IMG/VR virus record: IMGVR_UViG_3300044974_001280
Span: 1 to 64,000 of that record
DNA: 64,000 nt
Direction: 5' to 3' (one strand)
A model generated the notes under the pieces. That model worked only from the letters and a program-made list of their open reading frames with translations, was not told the DNA's origin and searched no databases. Of this stretch, positions 37,117 through 46,598 are shown piece by piece. A program made the translations under genes and the position numbers. Numbering within the stretch: position 1 is the first letter of the stretch; every line of letters begins with the position of its first letter.

Positions 37117-38742
37117 ATGGCAGGATTTTTAGATAATGCTCAGGAAAAATCTTTTTTGGGGGTTCTGTACAGAAACCTCGGAAAGATTAGTAAATTCGGG
37201 ATGCAATATGAAGATATGGTTATCCGTAATTCTCAGGCCATTGGTGCTACCGAATCGACCTTTTTTAACAATCAAGGCACTGGTTTTACCGAAAATGATG
37301 CCTTTTTCTGGACTTTAGGTTACCAGGATACCAGAATCAGAAAATACATCGCCTATTTTGATAAGGATTATCTTGGTAAAAGAGAATTCCTTCGCAAATT
37401 TGCTCTCAACGGAGAAATAGATTTCATTCTAGACACCGTTACTGATGATGCGATAAACTACGATGACAAGAATTTTTTCTGCTACCCCAGTTTGGTGAAT
37501 ATTGAGCTGAAAGACAACGTCAGGGAGAGAGTGGAAGAAAATTTTAGAACCTTATATAATCTTTTTGGCTTTCAACAAAGCATTCTGGCTTGGCAGTACT
37601 TCAAGCAGTTTTTGGTTGATGGTTTTTTGGCTTTTGAGATTGTTTATTCTACAGATGGCAAGAAAATAGTTGGATTCAAAGAACTAGACGCCACCTCACT
37701 TCAGCCGGCCACTGAAAAACAGCCCAACGGGGAATTCCAACAAATTTGGATCCAATATCCTCAGGACAACCGAATGACCAGAAAGCTGAAATCGGAACAG
37801 GTTATTTACTTGTCTTACGCCAAGGGCAATGCTGTCTCCAGAGTTAGCTACACAGAAAGGCTCATTCGTTCCTATAACATTTTAAGGGTGATGGAAAATA
37901 CGAGAGTTATTTGGAATGTCATGAATGCATCCTATCGACTGAAGTTCATTATCCCTGTTGGTACTCAATCCATGCAAAAAGGCATGCAGACTCTTGGTCA
38001 ATTGATGTCCCAGTACAAGGAGGAGATCCAGATCAACGACACTTCGGGGGAACTAACGGTCAATGGTGCACCCAGAGTCCAGTTTTATAAAAACTATCTG
38101 TTCCCTGAGAAGGACGGCGAATCTCCTGATATTAGCACACTCAACCCCAGCGGACCGGATTTTAACGTGATGGAAAATGTTGTTTATTTTTACAACAAAT
38201 TGAAGTTGGATTCTAAAATCCCTTACGCCAGGTTTTCAGCCAGATCCGGAACCCCTGCTAATTATCAGATTAGCATAGATCAGTTGGAGAGGGACGAAAT
38301 TCGATATGAAAAATTTGTAACTCGTCTGAGATCTGTTTTCCAGGAGATCCTAGTTAAACCTCTTTATATCCAAATGTGTCTAGATTTTCCTGTTTTGTCA
38401 AAGGATCGTACTTTTAAGGTAAATTTGGGTTTAGATTATGTGAAGGAAAATGTCTTCGAACAAATGATTCAGTTGTCCAACTATTCCAAGAGAGCATCTT
38501 TTATTTCCAGCATGGGTGAGATAAAAATGAAAGTGGGGGAAGAGGAATTACCCTATTTTGACAAAGAATGGCTTATCAAAAGATGGCTGGGTCTTAGTAT
38601 GGATGAATACAGGATGAACGAAAAGTACAAGAAGGAAGAGAAGGAAGAAGCAGATAAATTAAAGAAAGATCAAGAGAAAGAAGGAGAGAAGAAAGGAGAA
38701 GGGGGAGAGGGACAAGCAGAAACACCTAGTTTTACCCTATAA
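37117..38742 (+). CDS. Portal protein (gp20-like), paralog 2
   Basis: Same motif set, collinear with paralog 1. Confidence 0.85.
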   Translation: MAGFLDNAQEKSFLGVLYRNLGKISKFGMQYEDMVIRNSQAIGATESTFFNNQGTGFTENDAFFWTLGYQDTRIRKYIAYFDKDYLGKREFLRKFALNGEIDFILDTVTDDAINYDDKNFFCYPSLVNIELKDNVRERVEENFRTLYNLFGFQQSILAWQYFKQFLVDGFLAFEIVYSTDGKKIVGFKELDATSLQPATEKQPNGEFQQIWIQYPQDNRMTRKLKSEQVIYLSYAKGNAVSRVSYTERLIRSYNILRVMENTRVIWNVMNASYRLKFIIPVGTQSMQKGMQTLGQLMSQYKEEIQINDTSGELTVNGAPRVQFYKNYLFPEKDGESPDISTLNPSGPDFNVMENVVYFYNKLKLDSKIPYARFSARSGTPANYQISIDQLERDEIRYEKFVTRLRSVFQEILVKPLYIQMCLDFPVLSKDRTFKVNLGLDYVKENVFEQMIQLSNYSKRASFISSMGEIKMKVGEEELPYFDKEWLIKRWLGLSMDEYRMNEKYKKEEKEEADKLKKDQEKEGEKKGEGGEGQAETPSFTL

Positions 38743-38752
38743 ATTTCAATGA

Positions 38753-39751
38753 ATGAATTTACTAAAATTATTTTCCACCCAAAGGATCTTGGTGGTTGGA
38801 GATTCGATTCTAGATCACTATGTCTATGGTAAAGTTCACCGGGTTTCCCCTGAGGCACCAGTCCCGGTTGTTCTCAAGAACAGAGAAGAGTATTTTCTAG
38901 GAGGAGCGGCAAACGTGGCTCAGAACATCACCGCCTTCGGAGCTAAGTGTACCCTGTTGTCCTTGATAGGGCCCGACGTCGAAAGCAAAATTCTTTTGCA
39001 AAAATGCCTGGATGAAAACATCGAGCCTCTTTTTATTGAAGAAAGAGGAAGACCGACAACCAAAAAAACAAGAGTTTTAGGCAATAGACATCAGATTGTT
39101 AGAATCGATGTGGAAGAATCCAGAGATTTATCTTTGGGCTCCAGTTTAAAAATCATGAAAATTTTCGAAGAACAAATTCAATCCCACGATGGGGTCATTT
39201 TCCAAGATTACGGTAAAGGACTATTTACAAATTCCCTTCTGAATCAGCTTGTTCAGATTTGTCAAAAACACGACAAAAAGATTCTGGTGGATCCTAAAGA
39301 GCCAGATCTTTTTCGCTACCAAGGTGCCTGTTTTATCAAGCCCAATCTGGCAGAGTTCAAAGCCATGTTAAAACTAAAGACCGAGGATGAATTAGAAATC
39401 CATCAAATCTCTGATTATGCCCAACGAGCCCTGGAAGAATTTGATTATAATTTCTTTTTGATCACTCTGTCTGAACGGGGTATTTTATTAGTGGGCAGAG
39501 ACTTTTCCCGACATCTCCCAGGTATCAATGTGGATGTCTCGGATGTGTCAGGAGCAGGAGACACAGTTTCTGCTGTTTTTGGTTTGGGTTTTTTCTCTAG
39601 CCTTAAAAATCCAAAGCCTGGACTGGAGCTACACCACATAGCCGAACTGTCCAATTTGGCTGGATCTCTGGTGTGCAGACACTCTGGAGCGGTTCCTGTT
39701 GATCCTGAAGAATTACAAAAATTATTTGAAAAAAGTTCGTTTTTTTCCTGA
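38753..39751 (+). CDS. rfaE: D-glycero-D-manno-heptose-7-phosphate kinase (RfaE/HldE domain I, PfkB fold)
   Basis: VGD.ILDHY.YG...RVSPEAPVPV, GGAANVA, DYGKG, VDPK, KPN and DVSGAGDT motifs. Confidence 0.9.
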   Translation: MNLLKLFSTQRILVVGDSILDHYVYGKVHRVSPEAPVPVVLKNREEYFLGGAANVAQNITAFGAKCTLLSLIGPDVESKILLQKCLDENIEPLFIEERGRPTTKKTRVLGNRHQIVRIDVEESRDLSLGSSLKIMKIFEEQIQSHDGVIFQDYGKGLFTNSLLNQLVQICQKHDKKILVDPKEPDLFRYQGACFIKPNLAEFKAMLKLKTEDELEIHQISDYAQRALEEFDYNFFLITLSERGILLVGRDFSRHLPGINVDVSDVSGAGDTVSAVFGLGFFSSLKNPKPGLELHHIAELSNLAGSLVCRHSGAVPVDPEELQKLFEKSSFFS

Positions 39752-39780
39752 ATGGATTTTTTTTCTACGCAGTTTAGTTC

Positions 39781-39788
39781 TACATTTA
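39781..39788 (+). promoter_or_regulatory. Near-consensus Bacteroidota -7 element (TACATTTA)
   Basis: One mismatch to TAnnTTTG; ends 5 nt before the ATG. Confidence 0.35.
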
Positions 39789-39792
39789 CATC

Positions 39793-41130
39793 ATGATAAA
39801 CGAACTAAAAATCCTCTCCACCCTTGAATCCCTCACGGGCAACGGGTCCCAAAAAGAGAAGCAAAGACTTCTTTCCGAAAATCTCACCGAAGTAATGTCT
39901 TACTTGCTGGATGTGTGCTTCAATCCATTTGTGACTACTAAGTTACACAAGCTGGATCTACAGCCAACCCCGACAGGGGAATTTCCTGGTTTCGAGACCT
40001 TTAAATCCGTAATGGAAAACTTGAAATCGGCCCCGGCTGCCAACGACAACCTTAGAGGTCAAGCCACATCACTCATCAATTCCCGTCTTTCAGAAGATCC
40101 AATCGAAGACAAACAGCTTCGGGAAATTCTAATGAAGATTTTTACCAAAAGAATGAACTCCGGAATTGGTGCCAAACTCATCAACAAAGCTTTAGGTACA
40201 GAGCTAATTCCGGACCCATCTTTGATGCTGGCCACTGATGATCAAAAGGAAGTTCTGGACTGGGATAAGATCTATTGTGAAGAGAAATATGACGGGGTAA
40301 GAGTAATAGCAGTTGGTGATAAAGATAAGGGATTCCAATTTTACACCAGAGCCTTTAACGAGTTGGATAAAAGCAGACTTTCTTCTATCGAACGGGATTT
40401 GATTCAAATCTTACACAATGCTAATATCGTAGGGGAGATATTTTTTGATGGTGAATTGACAGACCTAAATAGAAAGTCGGTTTCAGGAAAGGTAACACAA
40501 ATTCTGAAGGGCACAGCACCCAAGGATATAGATAAGGAATTCATGTTCAACGTGTTCGACATAGAAAAGGCCTCAGTGCTCAAAATTGGCAATGGAACCA
40601 CCCCCTTTCTCAAAAGAAGAAAAGAACTGGAATTCTTAACTTCCTTTCTGTCCCCTAATTCCCAGGTTAAACTTGCTCGTCAGTGGGTAGTTGATTCAAT
40701 GGAGGAAACCCAAAAGATTTATGGTCTAATCATTTCTATGGGTGGAGAAGGGGTCATTCTAAAACCAGGTAATCACGTGTACGAGTGTAAACGAAGTAGA
40801 AGCTGGGTTAAATTGAAGCAAGTCCAAGATTGTGATTTGGAAATCATCGGTTGGTATCCAGGAGAAGGTAAGAGAGAGGGATTGATCGGGGGTTTCATTT
40901 GTACCGATGCTTCCAGAACTTTACAAGTAAAAATAGGATCTGGATTTACCGATGCCGATTTAAAAACTCTCAGTTCCAATCCAGATCAATTCATTGGTCG
41001 GGTTGCTGCCGTTCAATTCAACGAGCCCATCACAGACAAATTTGGCAATCGGAGCTTATTTCTTCCCCGTTTCATCGAAGTTAGATCCGATAAGAATCAA
41101 GCTGATGATATGTCCCCCTTTTTCAAATAG
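39793..41130 (+). CDS. lig: ATP-dependent DNA ligase
   Basis: EEKYDGVR, DGEL, EGVILK, WVKLK, GSGF and LFLPRF motifs. Confidence 0.95.
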   Translation: MINELKILSTLESLTGNGSQKEKQRLLSENLTEVMSYLLDVCFNPFVTTKLHKLDLQPTPTGEFPGFETFKSVMENLKSAPAANDNLRGQATSLINSRLSEDPIEDKQLREILMKIFTKRMNSGIGAKLINKALGTELIPDPSLMLATDDQKEVLDWDKIYCEEKYDGVRVIAVGDKDKGFQFYTRAFNELDKSRLSSIERDLIQILHNANIVGEIFFDGELTDLNRKSVSGKVTQILKGTAPKDIDKEFMFNVFDIEKASVLKIGNGTTPFLKRRKELEFLTSFLSPNSQVKLARQWVVDSMEETQKIYGLIISMGGEGVILKPGNHVYECKRSRSWVKLKQVQDCDLEIIGWYPGEGKREGLIGGFICTDASRTLQVKIGSGFTDADLKTLSSNPDQFIGRVAAVQFNEPITDKFGNRSLFLPRFIEVRSDKNQADDMSPFFK

Positions 41131-41133
41131 GAG

Positions 41134-41161
41134 GAAACAAATCTTTGACTTTTTTGTAAAA
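41134..41161 (+). promoter_or_regulatory. Putative ECF-type promoter
   Basis: GAAAC-N17-GTAAAA. Confidence 0.6.
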
Positions 41162-41175
41162 AGACAAAGACAAAT

Positions 41176-42126
41176 ATGGTCAACCAACTTCTTACTGAAA
41201 AGCTCAGGCCCCGGGAGCTAAAACACATGATTCTTCCTGAAAGGATCCGGGTTCTCTTCGAAAATAAACCCTTGAGCCAAAATTTACTTCTGGCGGGTTC
41301 TCCTGGGTGTGGCAAAACAACACTCGCCAAAATTTTAGCTACTGGATCTCCCTATTTGTTCATCAATGTTTCCGACGAAAGCTCTGTTGATGTTATCAGA
41401 ACAAAGATCAACGACTTTTGTTCTACCCTCAGTGTGATGGATGGCAAATCAACCTTTAAAGTTGTCATTCTGGACGAGTTTGATGGAGCATCGGATCAGT
41501 TCTATAAAGCTCTCAGAGGAACCATTGAGAAATTTGCCAAAAACGCCAGATTTGTAGCTACCTGTAATTGGATTACGAAGGTTCCTGATGCTATTCAATC
41601 TAGATTTGAAGTCATTAATTTTGACCCAGTTAACCAGCAGGAAGAAGATCAATTGAAGTCAGAATGGAAAGCCAGAATATCTTTGATCCTCTCCAAATTA
41701 AACATCCAGATTCAGCCCGATGCCTTGGATGTCTTTGAAAGAGACTATTTTCCGGATTTAAGATCTGCCTTGAATAAAATTCAATCTTGGTCTATCGAAG
41801 GAATCTCTGAAGTTGATGCCAAAAAAATCCAGGACACTGCTTTTTCCTATGAAGAGCTCTATCAGTTAATTTGTTCCTCTCAGGATCCGATCAAAAATTA
41901 TCAGTTTGTGATCGGTCAATATTCTGGTAAAGTTGACACAGTCATGCAGGCTCTGGGCAGTGAATTTATCAATTGGTTGATTCGGCATAGACCTGAATTA
42001 TCCAAGACTATCCCCATGATTTTAGTCATGGTGGCAGAACACCAGGCCCAAAGATCATCAGTGATAGATCCTATCGTCTCTCTTTTGGCTCTAATCTTCA
42101 AAATACAGAAACAAATACAAGCCTAA
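41176..42126 (+). CDS. gp44: Sliding clamp loader AAA+ subunit (gp44/RFC-like)
   Basis: EKLRP, GSPGCGKTT, ILDEFD, QSR and PDLR motifs. Confidence 0.92.
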   Translation: MVNQLLTEKLRPRELKHMILPERIRVLFENKPLSQNLLLAGSPGCGKTTLAKILATGSPYLFINVSDESSVDVIRTKINDFCSTLSVMDGKSTFKVVILDEFDGASDQFYKALRGTIEKFAKNARFVATCNWITKVPDAIQSRFEVINFDPVNQQEEDQLKSEWKARISLILSKLNIQIQPDALDVFERDYFPDLRSALNKIQSWSIEGISEVDAKKIQDTAFSYEELYQLICSSQDPIKNYQFVIGQYSGKVDTVMQALGSEFINWLIRHRPELSKTIPMILVMVAEHQAQRSSVIDPIVSLLALIFKIQKQIQA

Positions 42127-42431
42127 TGGAATTATTACCAGAAGAAATACGAAAAGGCAGCTACATGTACAGGCTGGTAAAGAGAGGAAAAAAAGCTCTG
42201 TGGTACGAGCAATTTTGTTTGGACTCTGAAAAAATCGTTGCCTGGGAGGTTTTCAAAATAAAAATAGATCCGCCTAAAGAACTTTTTGGAGTTCAGATGG
42301 GGGAAAGGGAGATTTTTCCAGGTAATGAAGATTTTGGCAAATGGGCTTGGGCACCTTTCAATTTCGATATAGCTGCCACTTATTACGAAAGATTAGAACA
42401 AGGTTTGCACCCTAAAGATTGCGAGATTTAA
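42126..42431 (+). CDS. Hypothetical protein
   Basis: Coupled ORF; E.FP..EDFGKWAW motif, family not named. Confidence 0.65.
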   Translation: MELLPEEIRKGSYMYRLVKRGKKALWYEQFCLDSEKIVAWEVFKIKIDPPKELFGVQMGEREIFPGNEDFGKWAWAPFNFDIAATYYERLEQGLHPKDCEI

Positions 42432-42440
42432 TAAAATTTT

Positions 42441-43019
42441 ATGAGACAGTCCCAGTACGACAAGGAATTTCCTATATACAATTACACCTTTTTCCAAAAA
42501 CCAATCAAGAGGCTGATTATCTGTGGACCCGGTGGATCTGGTAAGGACTATTACCGCTATCATCTACAAAAAAAGGGATTCAAATATTCCATCCCCTGGA
42601 CTTCTAGACCTATCAGGCTTGGGGAAGTGCAAGGAGTAGATTACTTTTTTGTCTCTCCTGAAGAAGCTTCTGCTGCTATTGCCCAGGAATCTTTTTACGA
42701 GTATAATTTTTTTGCTAGCTGGTTTTACGGAACACCTAAAGCCGAATTTTATGCTAGTAATTTATTCATTATGACCCCTTCTGGAATTGCCAAGCTCCAT
42801 CAAAAAGACAGGTCAGAGTCCTTTATTCTGTACTTGGATATAGATCTGGAGGTTCGTCGAGCTAGGATGCAAAATAGAAATGATGCCGATTCCGTGGAGA
42901 GAAGACTTAAAACAGACAGTGAGGATTTTTCAGATTTCGTGAATTTTGATTTGTCAATTACAGATCCCTCCTATAAAATAACTGACGAAATTTGGTCAGA
43001 CCCTTCCTACTATAAATAA
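42441..43019 (+). CDS. gmk: Guanylate kinase-like protein
   Basis: GPGGSGKD, TSRPIRLGEVQGVDYFFV and YGT motifs. Confidence 0.85.
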   Translation: MRQSQYDKEFPIYNYTFFQKPIKRLIICGPGGSGKDYYRYHLQKKGFKYSIPWTSRPIRLGEVQGVDYFFVSPEEASAAIAQESFYEYNFFASWFYGTPKAEFYASNLFIMTPSGIAKLHQKDRSESFILYLDIDLEVRRARMQNRNDADSVERRLKTDSEDFSDFVNFDLSITDPSYKITDEIWSDPSYYK

Positions 43020-43024
43020 AAAAT

Positions 43025-44176
43025 ATGTTAAACGTTCTTATTGATGGACACTATTTGTTCCATAAAACTTTTGGTATTTTCAGTGGTTACGGCACGAAAG
43101 AACCCAATGAAATTCTAGGCCACAAAAACGACAGGGCTATGTTCATCAGAAAGCTGGCAACCGACCTGTGTTCATCTCTGAAACAAATCCCTATTACCGG
43201 GAGAGTGGTGTTTGTTTCTGATTCAAGAAGTTGGAGAAAAGATATTCCAATCGAAGGTGGGGGATACAAATCCAATCGGGTTAAGAGTCCCCAGGTCGAT
43301 TGGAGCATTTTCTTTAATTTAATTAATGAATTTGGTCAACATCTAGAGCAGAAAGGTTTTATTTTTTCAAAAGTGGAGGGAGCAGAGGGAGATGATCTTC
43401 TCTATTTCTGGTCCAAATATTTCAATGAAAAAGGAGAAAATTGTCTCATTGTTTCGGGTGATAAGGACATGGATCAACTTGCACGTTGGACAGAAGATAG
43501 CTGGACAGTCGTTTGGAGTTCTAACTCTAAAAATAACACCTTTAGAGTTCCTCTGGGTTGGGGCTCAGAGTATTTGAACAAAAAGACCGAAATTACGGTT
43601 TTTGATCTAGGTGAATCTATTTCACCAGAAAAGAAAAAAATTCAAGAACTAGTTGGCAAGTGTAACATTGAGGAAATAGATGCCCAGACTTTTGTTTTTT
43701 TAAAAATGATGGAAGGTGATAAGGGTGATGCCGTTCCCAGCGTTTGGGAAGTTAAAAGCCCGGACGGGAAAACCTTCAGAATCACTCCTAAAAAAGCCCA
43801 ACAAATTTTAGACTCAGTCAGAGAATCGGGATGGAGCATTTCAGATTTTCAATTGTTGTTGATGGATGAAGCTTTTCTGGAATGGATTAGCGGGTTTGTT
43901 CTAAGATTCATGAAAGATTTAGATAACGAAACCAACAGACAGAAAGTTGTCGATAATTTTCAAAGAAATTTCTCTTTAATGTGGTTGGATACCTCAGTTA
44001 TTCCAGAGGCTGTTGCAGATAGAGTCACTTCCCAAATTAAAGGGTATTCTATCCTACCCAACTCAAGTGTTCCTTCAGATTGGAAAATTTTGTTGGAAGG
44101 TACAGAGTGGTTGGAAAGTAAAGCTCCTTCTTATTTAGACCCTTTTTCAAATTATCAGTCCAATGGATTTATTTGA
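43025..44176 (+). CDS. rnh: 5'-3' exonuclease / T4 RNase H-like (FEN family)
   Basis: IDG, SWRK, YKSNR, EGDD, SGDKDMDQL and GDKGDAVP motifs. Confidence 0.88.
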   Translation: MLNVLIDGHYLFHKTFGIFSGYGTKEPNEILGHKNDRAMFIRKLATDLCSSLKQIPITGRVVFVSDSRSWRKDIPIEGGGYKSNRVKSPQVDWSIFFNLINEFGQHLEQKGFIFSKVEGAEGDDLLYFWSKYFNEKGENCLIVSGDKDMDQLARWTEDSWTVVWSSNSKNNTFRVPLGWGSEYLNKKTEITVFDLGESISPEKKKIQELVGKCNIEEIDAQTFVFLKMMEGDKGDAVPSVWEVKSPDGKTFRITPKKAQQILDSVRESGWSISDFQLLLMDEAFLEWISGFVLRFMKDLDNETNRQKVVDNFQRNFSLMWLDTSVIPEAVADRVTSQIKGYSILPNSSVPSDWKILLEGTEWLESKAPSYLDPFSNYQSNGFI

Positions 44177-44588
44177 GCTAGTTAAATCGGTTTTTAAATC
44201 CGACGAAGAGTGGAAAAAGGTGCCAAGAAGTGTGAAGACAAAACATTTTTTCATGGTTAATAGAATTATGTCCATCCAGTTTCCGATTCATGCCCATCTA
44301 TTTAACCACTCCAAGATCGAAATGGTGCCAGTAGTGGATTGGTGGCACGGATTTTTATGCAATGCTTTTAAAAAACCACCCACCTGGATCTATACAACTG
44401 GACCTAAAAAAAATGCGGTTCAGGCAGTAGAGAAAAATCATGACACAGAAGAATTCATTAGAACCAAATACGAATTAAGCTCCAGGGATCTGAAACAGCT
44501 CCAGACCTTTTACCCTGAATCTTACTCCCAGTGGATGGACTCAATCTCTGACCAATTGGGAAGAAATAAAAAACAATCGGATATATAA
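44163..44588 (+). CDS. Possible clamp loader small subunit (gp62-like)
   Basis: FMVNRIMS resembles the gp62 core; near gp44. Confidence 0.4.
   Translation: MDLFELVKSVFKSDEEWKKVPRSVKTKHFFMVNRIMSIQFPIHAHLFNHSKIEMVPVVDWWHGFLCNAFKKPPTWIYTTGPKKNAVQAVEKNHDTEEFIRTKYELSSRDLKQLQTFYPESYSQWMDSISDQLGRNKKQSDI
44580..44587 (+). promoter_or_regulatory. Putative late promoter GATATATA
   Basis: Recurrent motif. Confidence 0.65.
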
Positions 44589-44598
44589 ACCAACTATC

Positions 44599-45135
44599 AT
44601 GGAAAAGCAGCACCAAAAAATTGTCAAAACCATTATTAAAAACTTGGATTGGGATTCTATTTCTCGAATTCATGACTCTTTTAAGTATGGGGTAGGACAA
44701 TCTAATCAAGTCTTACCTGGGATGAAGAGAAAAGATTTTTCTCAAGGCATCACCAAAAAAGACATTCAGGACGAGCTCACTGTGGTTCTACAATATGTTA
44801 TCGACAACGATTTTCAAACCTATATTTACGGACCCTGGATAATTTCTTGGTACAATCAGGAATGGGGAGAAAAGATCGTGCAAGAAACAAAGTCAAACGG
44901 AGAAGAAGATATTCAGATAGAAATTGAGGTTGATCAAGATTCCAAACTGGAAGTTGCCTATGCTCCTCAGAGAATTTGTGTCACGATGGACACGGAAATC
45001 TTCAGTGATAGTACAGGTTCAGTGTCCGAGAGTACAACTCTTCAGAAAATGCTCGATAAAGCTATTTCTCAAGAAAAATATGAAATCGCCCAGAAAATTC
45101 AGGAAATCCTGAAATTGACAGAGATAGATTCCTAA
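44599..45135 (+). CDS. Hypothetical protein with C-terminal UVR (UvrB/C) motif
   Basis: LQKMLDKAISQEKYEIAQKIQE. Confidence 0.65.
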   Translation: MEKQHQKIVKTIIKNLDWDSISRIHDSFKYGVGQSNQVLPGMKRKDFSQGITKKDIQDELTVVLQYVIDNDFQTYIYGPWIISWYNQEWGEKIVQETKSNGEEDIQIEIEVDQDSKLEVAYAPQRICVTMDTEIFSDSTGSVSESTTLQKMLDKAISQEKYEIAQKIQEILKLTEIDS

Positions 45136-45150
45136 AAAAAAGAAAAAAAC

Positions 45151-45633
45151 TTGAAACATATCCTCAGCCTGCATGAATTTTTCGACACAGGAATCTTCGG
45201 AGACACTTACGGCTATGGGGGAGCAAATGGAATTTTTAAGGTTGCCTATAAACCATATAAAGATCTCTCCGTTTCGGTAGGTCCGGATCCCAAAGTTCCC
45301 CGCAACATTCCTGGTTCTAAATTTCAGGTGGGAGACATCGTCATTGGAATGCCGATCGAGGGCAAGAAAAAAGTTGCCGGCATGGTGGTGAAAAATGTGC
45401 TGGCACCAGACCAAAAAAGCTACAAATATTTCGTCCAGGTCCACACTAAAGGGAAAAAAGAACAGAAAGTAATGGAACTGGTTCCTGATTCTGTCGAGTT
45501 TGTAGATATGGGGGACAAGGGACATCGCCAGATTGTTTCTCAGTATAAGTTCAACGATCTACCAGGAGATGTGTACAATTCTAAAACAGTCTACAACAAT
45601 CCTGGTTTGGGGATAGAGGCTGTTGGTTCTTAA
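45151..45633 (+). CDS. Hypothetical protein with CTS-like N-terminus and SH3-like core
   Basis: MKHILSLHEF; FQVGDIV. Confidence 0.65.
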   Translation: MKHILSLHEFFDTGIFGDTYGYGGANGIFKVAYKPYKDLSVSVGPDPKVPRNIPGSKFQVGDIVIGMPIEGKKKVAGMVVKNVLAPDQKSYKYFVQVHTKGKKEQKVMELVPDSVEFVDMGDKGHRQIVSQYKFNDLPGDVYNSKTVYNNPGLGIEAVGS

Positions 45634-45635
45634 GG

Positions 45636-45663
45636 GAAACTTTTTGTTCATCTTCCTGTAAAA
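45636..45663 (+). promoter_or_regulatory. Putative ECF-type promoter
   Basis: GAAAC-N17-GTAAAA. Confidence 0.6.
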
Positions 45664-45669
45664 ATTCAG

Positions 45670-46554
45670 ATGATTCTCAGTAAAACAAGACACGGCTTGG
45701 GTGTCGTGTATCGACATTCTAATTCAGGATTGGAACCTCAGGAAGAAGCTTTAAATTTTTTAAATGTGATGCTTCGGAAGGTCTCCCAGAACAATAAGCA
45801 CGGAATTGATGTTACCTGTCTTGAGCTAAAAGAGTCGGATTTTCCCAAATTTTTCTACGACAGAACCTCTGAGTGTGATCCTTTGCAAGAAAGGATTCAC
45901 GAGCTTTCAGGCTTCTTAAAAGCCTCGAACCATCGTCTTTTTTTCTTCCTGTCTTCCTATTACTACTTCGGGAGTCAGTTGACCCAGCCCGTTGAAGACA
46001 CCCGAAAGATTGTGCAAAACATCTACCATTTGCTCGAGGATCTCGGAATTCAATATCCTGCTGTCATTCTGAAGATCGGATCTGCCTATGGGAAAAGAAA
46101 AGAAACGATGGCCAGATTTGTTGAAGAAATAAATTGTTTAGAACCAGAGGTCAGAAAAGTGCTGGCGGTAACAAATGACGATAAACCATCTCTCTTCTCG
46201 GTTACCGATCTGCTGTCCGGGATTTTTTATTCCTCTGGAATTCCCATTTGTTTTCGTACTTTGGCCCACAATTTTAACACCGGAGACTTATCGGTCAGAG
46301 AGGCTCTTTTTCTGAGCTGCTCGACCTGGCAAAAGGGGATTAAACCAATTTTTCTGCATGCAGAAAGTCTCAAAGTTGATCCAAAGGGGTTTCCTTTGAG
46401 TCCCTTGCCTTCCGAGGATTTAAAATACAGAATTCCTGTTTTTGGTTTGGATGTGGATGTTGTGATAGAATGTCCCACCTCTTTTGAGACTGCCGTTAAA
46501 TATCTAGGAGCATATCAGAGTCTTAAACCTTTGGTAATTGATAAAGACTGGTGA
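45670..46554 (+). CDS. Divergent UV-damage endonuclease (UvsE/UvdE-like)
   Basis: IGSAYG.R..T..RF, TNDDKPSLFSV.DL, STW...KP and DVVIE motifs; several metal ligands substituted. Confidence 0.65.
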   Translation: MILSKTRHGLGVVYRHSNSGLEPQEEALNFLNVMLRKVSQNNKHGIDVTCLELKESDFPKFFYDRTSECDPLQERIHELSGFLKASNHRLFFFLSSYYYFGSQLTQPVEDTRKIVQNIYHLLEDLGIQYPAVILKIGSAYGKRKETMARFVEEINCLEPEVRKVLAVTNDDKPSLFSVTDLLSGIFYSSGIPICFRTLAHNFNTGDLSVREALFLSCSTWQKGIKPIFLHAESLKVDPKGFPLSPLPSEDLKYRIPVFGLDVDVVIECPTSFETAVKYLGAYQSLKPLVIDKDW

Positions 46555-46586
46555 AATTTTATCAGAGCTAGATCAAAAAATTTTCT

Positions 46587-46594
46587 TAAATTTG
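46587..46594 (+). promoter_or_regulatory. Bacteroidota-type -7 element TAAATTTG
   Basis: Perfect TAnnTTTG, ending 5 nt before the ATG. Confidence 0.55.
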
Positions 46595-46598
46595 CTGC

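Noticed and set aside
45019-45525. 168 aa minus-strand ORF and other antisense ORFs (e.g. 13240..13692, 58052..58555)
   Set aside because: They overlap well-supported + strand genes and show no recognisable motifs.
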